A stretch of 64,000 nucleotides of DNA, from positions 1 through 64,000 of IMG/VR virus record IMGVR_UViG_3300032312_001770, one strand, 5' to 3'. Shown one piece after another: positions 45,801 through 53,591 of this stretch; the stretch's first letter is position 1; each line of letters starts with the position of its first letter. A program made the position numbers and the translations under genes. This stretch comes from a virus (taxonomy: Duplodnaviria > Heunggongvirae > Uroviricota > Caudoviricetes). A model generated the notes under the pieces. The model was not told the DNA's origin, ran no database searches, and was given only the letters and a program-made list of their open reading frames with translations.

Positions 45801-48424
45801 TTAAAAGCTTAGTTGTAACTGATTCAATATTCTCAGATAACGGAAATATATTATCTAATGCAACATATGAAAACTCTTTCTTCTTAAATGATGGATCAGA
45901 TATATGGAATAGTGGTATTATACAAAACTCTATATGGGTTAATGGTACATTTAGTAACGGTGTTATTAGAGATTCAAGATGGATTAACGGTAAATTTTTA
46001 AATGGTTGGTTCTATAATTCAAGAACATTTAATGGTAATGCAAATGTTTCAAATCCTTATTACTATTCAGAAAATATAAACTCTTATTATAAAAATGGTG
46101 GATTGCCTAATAATAGAAATTCTTGGCAGAATGGTACTTTTGTTGATGGTGAGTTTTACAAGAGTGATTGGGAGTTTGGTACATTTAGTAATGGTAGATT
46201 CTACTATTCTAATTTCTATAACGGTTATATTAACAATGGTGTTCTAGGAAATAATCAAGTATCAACATTAGATACCAGAATATACAACGGAACGGTAAGT
46301 TATGCTACTGTTGATAATGCTACATTATATGCAGTTGATACAAGTTATCCTAAAAATGTTAGTCAGAACATATCTTGGTTAAATGGTAATTTTAATAATG
46401 GTGTATTTGGTTCTGATATAACACAAGGCATTACTCACTCGGCTATTTGGTACAATGGTTCATTCTTTGGTGGTCAATTTATAAGTATGGCTAAATGGAA
46501 AAATGGTACTTTTAATGGTGGTAAGTTTTTATCAGCGTATGGTTGGTCACAAAGTAATTCAACATCTCAATCAGATTATGGTTGGGAAAATGGTGTATTT
46601 AATGGTGGTGAATTTGGTAATGCTAATGGTTTAACTAACTCAACTTGGTATAAAGGCGAGTTTGATGGTGGTATATTTAGAGGAAGAGTTTGGAATGATG
46701 GTGTTTTCACATATGGTGAATTACAAGGCAGTGGTGTAAGTAGTCCAGTATCTGGATTGATTTGTGCAAATGCTAATGCCTTTGTTGATACATTTACCTA
46801 TTCATATTGGGGTCTTTGGAGAAATGGTTTAGTAACCAATACAAAAGACAGACTTATTAAAGATAGAAAGTTTTTTACAAAACAACTTAGATCTGTAAAC
46901 TTAGAAAGATTTAATGCACCACCTAAAACAGCAAAAATTAAAAATGCTTTATGGTTATCAGGTACATTTAGTCACACAAATGGAGAAATGAATAATTCAG
47001 TTTGGTTAGATGGTGCTTTTGAAAAAGGTAATTTTGTTAGTAGTTCATTTAACCCTTATGTCGAAAGAAGTCAACTTAATATATCTCCTACTTTATATAG
47101 TTCAGAATTATTATATAATGGTGGATTTAATCAGGGAACTACGGTATCTAGTGTAGGATGGGCTACTTCATCAGGAATTGGCGTAACCGGACCCTTAGCA
47201 AGTATAAAGTTAAAAATACCATATCTACCGACAGATGCTTTTTTTGGTGAAAATTATTTTGATGCTGGTTTTTGGTTTAATATAACTACATCTGGATTTG
47301 GTAATTTAAGTTTTACTTTTTCTTCAAATACACCAAGTGGACCTGGATTTTTAGATGCAATTTTTCTAGCTATACCAGTGATAGAATCAAGTTCTATAGG
47401 AACCTATTATAATTTAAGTTCTGGTAATGATGGAACTTATGATTATATTTTATTTGAAGCAGCTAATAGTGGATCGGCTTATAATATAACTTCTTTTAAC
47501 TCAAGAACTACAAGCGCTGATCCAGGCGAAGCAAATGGATTTTTTGATAATAATACAAGTGCTATTCCTTCTGCTGTATCGTCTGCTTTTAGTGCTGGAT
47601 TTGGATCTCCAACATTTAGTTTAGCACATTATATTGGTGGATCGGCTTCACCAGGATTATACTTATATAATACAGTTACTAGATTGAATCCAGGTAAATA
47701 TGAATTTGATTTAAATGTACTAACACATTCATCTAATATAAATCTAAAAGTAAATATAGGAACATATTCATATTTTAGTTCATCCGCTCCATTAACTTTA
47801 GGTTCAAATATATTTGAAGCCAAAACAACTACAGGTGGTAGTGTATCAATATATGTTGATACTAATGGATTAGGCGGATCGATATCTATTGATTCTCTTT
47901 CTATAAAAGAAAAGATGAGAACATTTAATTTAAATGATGATACTTGTTATTGGGAAAATGGTACTTTGAATAATAGTGATTTCTATATTTCTCAATGGAA
48001 AAACGGTAAGTTTATTATAGGAACAGCAACCGGTATGATTTGGAAAAATGGTATTTCTAACTATATGAATGCGTTTAATGTTTTCTGGGAAAATGGTACT
48101 TGGAGAAATGGTAACTGGTATGGTTCCTCGTTTGTGTATAATGGTTCAATTACAGAAGACTATGTTTTGCAGATATTAGATAGAGGTGAAGATTGGAGTG
48201 GAACATCATCAGCACATATTTGGAATATATTTTTACAACCTGGTGATTTTGAGGCATCTATATCATCTGTAATAGCCGCTACACCATCTTATGGAGCAAC
48301 CGATGCTGTTTTAGATATAACAGGCTGGGTATCAAGTGGATATGATCCATATTCTATACAAACATTGCCTGTTTTTGAATATGTGAGTATTGAAGATGTG
48401 AGTCCGCCTATATTATCAGGGTAA
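42866..48424 (+). CDS. giant (1852 aa) fibre/structural protein with NG-rich beta-helix-like repeats
   Basis: Repeats of WxNGxFxNGxF / SxWxNGxF between roughly aa 1000-1300; Asn/Ser/Thr-rich. Confidence 0.6.
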   Translation: MATYSVDINVRKKIFNIPIDLIGVSYTEPRSNVPTLTNSSISAIANVISTKPQLITRAQLQNLGNNINLVGYDPLIGLVTNSNKTFSPKLLNWVEPYDLNASGTYKTTFYTEVNTGLKVGDKVFILNGNYDSDLLIQNNKYKKGRDGYKVLYVDNCKITLDIDYTGVLPYKSSIDDDFIKVYYIRNQSEFLHANRSVTTKSGKFENKFSYYNNNIIYVDAVYSTSEFWGRNTGVAGPGFYVRSSSATWTSITSPFTTTGSYSYSTQSNANKVKIMNGDFTYNGKEYKEGFIYKWFVGPTQSEWITDVTYFPPYISKSNFRDGVFNGELNSGIFGQYYKKINWFGNGSVWNTGTLINTNWQKGTLDSLYTASQSYFSSFDNNGLPYQKANSPNNAGRGYNFVLNSNINQSTVVNGSIYSTIFGTHSNATYSIVENELLEYSTTYLNTIKSAFFNKCEFNNSFIENSELKNTISNNSKFERVKSINSYFNKSVLKDSSYNSDNIIKIFAYDELTASESSSLPGLTYSNINDVVQKVYKFYIDKNGYERLRTGDAFYLKGIKINNNSKNVINFFDKKFKIGSWTEYIESNFGTVANGKRGYQYSAFLSSPLDNNLKFTSATFSETSGLKYQTIAYSNNVNSNYYSIDLWVSNYDINNNNTAGENLNFNSDMSVYDANSLQGPNSLGNIIDVTSAYIVDADFDSGLIENSDWNSGSHIESNNDNNITIPSLSGGTYSLSINSSNYIVATTSYNSNYSESNLISIGDIVFLDSVDFQPSPKIITTTSSLFPDTQVGFTTFFTFTQSYDNILITGSSSTTSFDGTFDLFYESGTYPTSTLIDNLLGKYMDYNTTYNFSIPLSGVSASNSIRFYISDGGLDNLNFQIINLNDSSRIPDTYKVMSNTNGVYQLKEIGTVSNIISLSASNGSFYTKNAQNRYGHIKKLKIDKTNIKSGFLRRSYITGSLIQNIDLNYLDKDLTNLENIKSLVVTDSIFSDNGNILSNATYENSFFLNDGSDIWNSGIIQNSIWVNGTFSNGVIRDSRWINGKFLNGWFYNSRTFNGNANVSNPYYYSENINSYYKNGGLPNNRNSWQNGTFVDGEFYKSDWEFGTFSNGRFYYSNFYNGYINNGVLGNNQVSTLDTRIYNGTVSYATVDNATLYAVDTSYPKNVSQNISWLNGNFNNGVFGSDITQGITHSAIWYNGSFFGGQFISMAKWKNGTFNGGKFLSAYGWSQSNSTSQSDYGWENGVFNGGEFGNANGLTNSTWYKGEFDGGIFRGRVWNDGVFTYGELQGSGVSSPVSGLICANANAFVDTFTYSYWGLWRNGLVTNTKDRLIKDRKFFTKQLRSVNLERFNAPPKTAKIKNALWLSGTFSHTNGEMNNSVWLDGAFEKGNFVSSSFNPYVERSQLNISPTLYSSELLYNGGFNQGTTVSSVGWATSSGIGVTGPLASIKLKIPYLPTDAFFGENYFDAGFWFNITTSGFGNLSFTFSSNTPSGPGFLDAIFLAIPVIESSSIGTYYNLSSGNDGTYDYILFEAANSGSAYNITSFNSRTTSADPGEANGFFDNNTSAIPSAVSSAFSAGFGSPTFSLAHYIGGSASPGLYLYNTVTRLNPGKYEFDLNVLTHSSNINLKVNIGTYSYFSSSAPLTLGSNIFEAKTTTGGSVSIYVDTNGLGGSISIDSLSIKEKMRTFNLNDDTCYWENGTLNNSDFYISQWKNGKFIIGTATGMIWKNGISNYMNAFNVFWENGTWRNGNWYGSSFVYNGSITEDYVLQILDRGEDWSGTSSAHIWNIFLQPGDFEASISSVIAATPSYGATDAVLDITGWVSSGYDPYSIQTLPVFEYVSIEDVSPPILSG

Positions 48425-48477
48425 CTAATCAGAATGAAAACAGATAATAAAAATATATAATAAAAATAACTTAAAAA

Positions 48478-51400
48478 ATGACATCATTCATCAGAAGATC
48501 AGGTAGATTAAGTTTACCAGTATCAACCGCACCTACATTTGCACTGGATCCATCCCTTTTTACCAATGCGTTACTTGATTCTGGTTATAGCTATTGGGTA
48601 TATGACGCATTACCGACTCCTGGTAGATTACATGTTGATTCAACTGCTATTGATGGAAGAGCACCAGGTGGAACTGGCGGTGTTAGAGGTATATTTATTT
48701 TAAAACATAACAATCCAAGCGCATATACTTATTCTCCTGATAAAACATATCAAATTATAACTAATACAGTTAATGTTTATGCGACAGCCGCTTCTTTTTC
48801 AGTTAGTTTTAATTGGGGTGACCAATTAAACTATTCAAGAGGAATGACAGCCGCTTATGGCGCTCCCGGCACTGCCACTCAAAGTTTTGTTCATTACTCA
48901 ACACCTCCTGAAAGATTGACAACAAGAAATGATGTTATTTATAAAGCCAATGGTACTTTTAGTAATGCCGGAACTACTCAGAATAATAGAGGGATAGTAA
49001 GCTATACGGTCAATGAACTAGATTTTAGGATTTTAGGATTCTCTTATTATAAAATGCAATACTTTGAATTATCAAGAGAAGAGTTAAAAAATTCACTTGG
49101 TTGGTATTACGATAAACCAAGTGATATATATTTTTGGTATGATAGAGTATCATCAACATCATCAAATGATTCTTTAGGTTATTTTCCAGTTGGTGGTAAC
49201 AATAATAGTAAGGTGGCTAATAAAGGTTATAGACTTAATAACGCAATATATAAATTTGTACCATATACTTATTTTAACTTGAATTTTAACTATCAAAATA
49301 CAACATCTTCACCTTTAAGAGTTTATTTATCACCATCACCACCATCAACATTGATACCTTCTGCTGCAAACTATAATGCCGGTATTTACACACCACCAAA
49401 TGGTAGTACTTTAATAGCCACAATAACTCAGAGTTCTTATGGTACATTCTCTTCTACAGATAGTTCTGTGCCAGTTGGATTTTATGGAATAAGAGGTAAT
49501 CAATATTTAATATTTGTTGGTCCGTTTATGGGCGCGACTTCTTCTTCTAGTGCAACAGCATCTGTATATTTACAAAATATAATAGTTGATGGTGCCTATC
49601 ATCCGGGTAATAACAGACAATATGTAATGACATCTGGACTTACTTACTCAACAACGGTTACTGGTTTAACAGGAGCAACTTACGCAACAATTGTTGGCAA
49701 TGGAAATACTATTAACGCAACATCATCCTTATCAATTGGTAGAATATTTTCAAAAATTGGAAACGGTAGTTTCAAAGCAGGTATATGGGAAAATGGAGTT
49801 TGGAATAGTGGTTGGAGAGTTGATGATGGAATGTTTGAGTTTTATAATGTTACTAGCTTTTTTAGTTATAACAGAAATAAAAGATGGAGAGTTCAAATAT
49901 CGGGGCCTTCTGAATCTGTTTCTAATTTCAATATTGGTGATAATGTCGCCATAGGCAATATTATTGCAATTGATATAAATGAGGATAGAAAATTATTAAA
50001 AGGATATTATACTATTATTAATAAAACATATAATAGTATAGTTGTTGAGTTTGATAATAATTTTCCTATAAGAAGAATTGAAAAAGATTCGGATAATCAT
50101 AGAATCTTTATAACTAAAAATGTTTGGTTGTCTGGTGCATTCTTAAACGGTTATTTCAAAGGAGTTTGGAACTATGGATTATTCAAAGGATATCCTTTAA
50201 TTACTGAGATGTATGATTCTCATTGGATTGATGGTATATTTGATGGTGGACATTTTGTATCAGATCCTTATATACTTCCTGATTTTATAGATACCTTTTT
50301 TAACTCTGGTGGTGTTGGTTTACAATTTGCAACAAATAGCACACCTCACGGTTTAGTGGTTGGTGATTTAATTACTGTTGATAAAAATAACAAATCATTA
50401 AATCCTCAATACGATGGCGATCACAATGTTTTAGAAGTTATTAATAATTACCAAGTAGTAATAGATGTTGATTATGGATCTGATTCAACTTTAGAAGGTG
50501 GTAAGGTTTATATAGATAAGAACAAAGGACTTTTACAAAGAGTTGATTTTAAATCAAATAACGTATCAAAAATAACATCTGCTAATTCCACAGATTCAGG
50601 ATCGGTTTTTGTTTATAATTCTTGGATGGATGTAAATTATGATCCTTCTTATGCCACAAATATTGGAAAACCTCAATCCACATTAAATCCATTATCGAGA
50701 AAATCTTTCTCTGAAAATAATTTATATGGTTATACAACAAATGATGTTTTAGAAAGTAATTCAACATTTAGAGATAGTTTCTCAACAACAATTAGAAGAT
50801 ATAAATTAGGAACAAAGTATAAAATATTTGCTGATTTTATTGGAGATGCTGGTAAATTTGAAGACGAGTTTGGTGGAACATTTAGTGATGCGGAGAGTAC
50901 ATTTTTAAAAGAAGGTTGGACTTTCTCTAGAACAAATATATCATCATTAACATTTTCTAGAACAACTCCTGCTGATAATGAACCATTAATAACTGGTGAG
51001 GAACTAATAGTACAAGCTAGAAATAGTGGAGGTATATTGGATATTACACCATTTAGTGATGATTATATAGCAAACAGAACTTATGAAGAGGTTCAAAAAT
51101 TAAGATATACAAAAGTTGAATTTGATGTAATTACTTTCTCAGGTCCCATAACAACATATGGTGATAATTATAATTATTTATTTACATTTAATAATTTTTA
51201 CAGACAGCCACCTATACACTTCAATAATTTAAACTTAATCATAAGACAGGTTTACACATCTGGTATTAGCTACCGAACAATAGATTATGCTAAATTTTTA
51301 CCGGTATATGAAAATGTGAATCACTTGAATACTAGAAATAAAAAGAAAGTAGAGTATTTCTATAATAAAAGAAATTTAAGTATGAATTTTGCAGGTTTGA

Positions 51401-52104
51401 ATTATCCTCTAAATGGCGATACTTCAGCATCTGAGTATGTAATAGATAACTTACACTTTTATGAGATTGATATGATACCATTTTTTCAATATTTTACAGA
51501 TAATAATATCAATAAAAGTGTTCAAGTTCCATTTCAAGGAATATCACCATTTATTGATTATTCAAATGTTGGATTTAACTTTGTTGATAATCTTACAATT
51601 GGACTAGATAGTATTAGAACAGAGAACTCTAATGATATAGTCAGTGGAGTTGGTGCGGGTATTGGTAACATAGGTAGAGCTACTTCGGGATCTATCGGAG
51701 GAGGAAGTATTTTTACTTCACCCGCAATCGAAGCACCATTATCATCATTAGTAATTGAACCGGGTGGATTTGCTCCACTATTACCATATACAATATTTGG
51801 CGACACATCAACAACTTCTGCTACTATAACAGGTACTATAACAGTCAATACAGCACCAGTTACTATTAATTTAACTTCATCAGCGAGCGGAGGCTCTATT
51901 TTTAGTATCAGATTCACTACGGCTACTTTAGTTATAGGTGGTACTGGAACTATTACGGGTGTTGGTAGAACAATGGTACATAACTCTAATAGTGTGTCAT
52001 CATCAATATCTACTACAAGAACGTTAACACAGAATACAACATACCCTTATACTTTAAGTATAACAAGAACCGGAACAGGATTAGCATCGTTTTCTTTATC
52101 TTAA
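48478..52104 (+). CDS. large (1208 aa) structural protein sharing the same WxNGxF-type repeats
   Basis: FKAGIWENGVWNSGWRV, VWLSGAFLNGYFKGVWNYGLFKGY. Confidence 0.55.
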   Translation: MTSFIRRSGRLSLPVSTAPTFALDPSLFTNALLDSGYSYWVYDALPTPGRLHVDSTAIDGRAPGGTGGVRGIFILKHNNPSAYTYSPDKTYQIITNTVNVYATAASFSVSFNWGDQLNYSRGMTAAYGAPGTATQSFVHYSTPPERLTTRNDVIYKANGTFSNAGTTQNNRGIVSYTVNELDFRILGFSYYKMQYFELSREELKNSLGWYYDKPSDIYFWYDRVSSTSSNDSLGYFPVGGNNNSKVANKGYRLNNAIYKFVPYTYFNLNFNYQNTTSSPLRVYLSPSPPSTLIPSAANYNAGIYTPPNGSTLIATITQSSYGTFSSTDSSVPVGFYGIRGNQYLIFVGPFMGATSSSSATASVYLQNIIVDGAYHPGNNRQYVMTSGLTYSTTVTGLTGATYATIVGNGNTINATSSLSIGRIFSKIGNGSFKAGIWENGVWNSGWRVDDGMFEFYNVTSFFSYNRNKRWRVQISGPSESVSNFNIGDNVAIGNIIAIDINEDRKLLKGYYTIINKTYNSIVVEFDNNFPIRRIEKDSDNHRIFITKNVWLSGAFLNGYFKGVWNYGLFKGYPLITEMYDSHWIDGIFDGGHFVSDPYILPDFIDTFFNSGGVGLQFATNSTPHGLVVGDLITVDKNNKSLNPQYDGDHNVLEVINNYQVVIDVDYGSDSTLEGGKVYIDKNKGLLQRVDFKSNNVSKITSANSTDSGSVFVYNSWMDVNYDPSYATNIGKPQSTLNPLSRKSFSENNLYGYTTNDVLESNSTFRDSFSTTIRRYKLGTKYKIFADFIGDAGKFEDEFGGTFSDAESTFLKEGWTFSRTNISSLTFSRTTPADNEPLITGEELIVQARNSGGILDITPFSDDYIANRTYEEVQKLRYTKVEFDVITFSGPITTYGDNYNYLFTFNNFYRQPPIHFNNLNLIIRQVYTSGISYRTIDYAKFLPVYENVNHLNTRNKKKVEYFYNKRNLSMNFAGLNYPLNGDTSASEYVIDNLHFYEIDMIPFFQYFTDNNINKSVQVPFQGISPFIDYSNVGFNFVDNLTIGLDSIRTENSNDIVSGVGAGIGNIGRATSGSIGGGSIFTSPAIEAPLSSLVIEPGGFAPLLPYTIFGDTSTTSATITGTITVNTAPVTINLTSSASGGSIFSIRFTTATLVIGGTGTITGVGRTMVHNSNSVSSSISTTRTLTQNTTYPYTLSITRTGTGLASFSLS

Positions 52105-52135
52105 AAAATCCACTTATTTAATAAGTGGATTTTTA
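52103..52135. terminator. bidirectional terminator palindrome AAAAATCCACTTA-loop-TAAGTGGATTTTT between convergent genes
   Basis: Direct reading of the sequence. Confidence 0.65.
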
Positions 52136-52858
52136 GGTTATAATTAAATTTTCTTTTTTTAATAAAAGATAACCAACCATTCCGGCTACATCTTTAGAGC
52201 AATTTCCCATAGATTCAATTTTAGTTTCATCACCGGTTAATTTAATACCTGATAGTTTTTGTTTACCTAAAATTCGTTTCTCGCCATTACATTTTTTACA
52301 AGGTGTTAAACCTATTTTACCTTTACCGTTACAAAAGTTACAAGAATCACCTTTGTAGTCTTTTCCAGAACCTTCACAGAAGTCACATCCATCATCAGCA
52401 TCAAATGTTCTTAGAATATTACCATCATTGTCTTTAATAATAATTTTAGCAGAAAGGTCTTTACCCGTACCATCACAAGTTTTACACTTAACCCATCTTT
52501 CATATTCCAAAGTACCATCAAAGTCATCATCTATAGTAAGATAAATATCTAAAACTTCATTCTTTTTAAATTTCTCAAAATTAGATTTTTCTTTATTATA
52601 ATCAAAATCTATGTTAATATCAAATAATTCAAAATATTCATTATAGTTTTTACCAAACTTACTTTTAACATCATAGTCTTTTCTTTTCTCACCGCAAAGA
52701 ATATCGTAAGCTTCAGTCATTTCACCAAAAACTATAGGATCGCCATTCTTATCAGGATGATGCGTAAATGATAATTTATAATAAGCTTTTTTAATAGTCT
52801 TTTCATCAGAGTTATTATCAACTCCAAGAATTGAGTAATAGTTTTTATTCAAATTCAT
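52133..52858 (-). CDS. DnaJ-like protein: N-terminal J domain plus CxxCxGxG zinc-finger repeats
   Basis: YYSILGVDNNSDEKTIKKAYYKLSFTHHPDKNGD (HPD motif); CKTCDGTGKD, CDFCEGSGKD, CNFCNGKGK, CKKCNGEK. Confidence 0.65.
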   Translation of the reverse strand: MNLNKNYYSILGVDNNSDEKTIKKAYYKLSFTHHPDKNGDPIVFGEMTEAYDILCGEKRKDYDVKSKFGKNYNEYFELFDINIDFDYNKEKSNFEKFKKNEVLDIYLTIDDDFDGTLEYERWVKCKTCDGTGKDLSAKIIIKDNDGNILRTFDADDGCDFCEGSGKDYKGDSCNFCNGKGKIGLTPCKKCNGEKRILGKQKLSGIKLTGDETKIESMGNCSKDVAGMVGYLLLKKENLIIT

Positions 52859-53060
52859 AGAATCCTACTTCTTTCAGTTTTTGTTTCATCTCTTGTTTGT
52901 TCTTTATTTCGCTAATAATATTACAAACTTGGTGAGATATACCATCACACTCTATAATAAGAGCATCAGGTTTTGTTACATATCCAATTAAATAGTCTAA
53001 TCCATTAGAAGCGGCTGATAATAAACTACTTTTACTTATAAATCTTTTATTGAAACTCAT
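52845..53060 (-). CDS. hypothetical protein
   Basis: 71 aa. Confidence 0.3.
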   Translation of the reverse strand: MSFNKRFISKSSLLSAASNGLDYLIGYVTKPDALIIECDGISHQVCNIISEIKNKQEMKQKLKEVGFYEFE

Positions 53061-53370
53061 CTAATATTTGATTAATTTTTTTCTCTCTAAGTAGTGATTT
53101 GTTTGTTTTTTCAAACTCACCTCTTTTATCTTTATATCCACAATCTTTACAAACTGATATACTGTCTTGAGTTGGTTTGGAACCATCTACCGGTATAAAG
53201 AACTTCCAAGATATGTTTTTACTTTTACAATTAGGACAACCCGATAAATCCTCTAAAGGTTTTATAAAGCCGACCTTTTGTAGTTTTCCTAAATCATATG
53301 TTTTATTACTTTGATTTGGAAATAAACTAAGTAACTTATTAATCATTATTTCTGTATTTCTCTTGAACAT
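53047..53370 (-). CDS. zinc-ribbon protein (CPNC...CKDC)
   Basis: Two CxxC pairs. Confidence 0.4.
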   Translation of the reverse strand: MFKRNTEIMINKLLSLFPNQSNKTYDLGKLQKVGFIKPLEDLSGCPNCKSKNISWKFFIPVDGSKPTQDSISVCKDCGYKDKRGEFEKTNKSLLREKKINQILDEFQ

Positions 53371-53527
53371 ACTTAGCTTTATTAATCTCAGCTCTTCTTT
53401 TTACAGATCTTTTAGTGAACTCTTTTCTATCTCTTAATTCTCTAAGAGTTTTAGTTTTGTCCCATTTTCTTTTAAGGGTTTTAAGAGCTTTCTCAATTGT
53501 TGTTCCTTCTACTTTTACTAATAGCAT
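53339..53527 (-). CDS. rpsU: ribosomal protein bS21 homolog
   Basis: 62 aa; MLLVKVEGTTIEKALKTLKRKWDKTKTLRELRDRKEFTKRSVKRRAEINKAKYV parallels the bacterial S21 pattern (MPVIKVRENE..ALRRFKR.CEK.G.L.E.RRR.FYEKPT..RKR). Confidence 0.7.
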   Translation of the reverse strand: MLLVKVEGTTIEKALKTLKRKWDKTKTLRELRDRKEFTKRSVKRRAEINKAKYVQEKYRNND

Positions 53528-53591
53528 ACTAAAATCTTTTTTTGTATATTATATATTTAATATATAGTTATATCAATAAAATATAACATAG

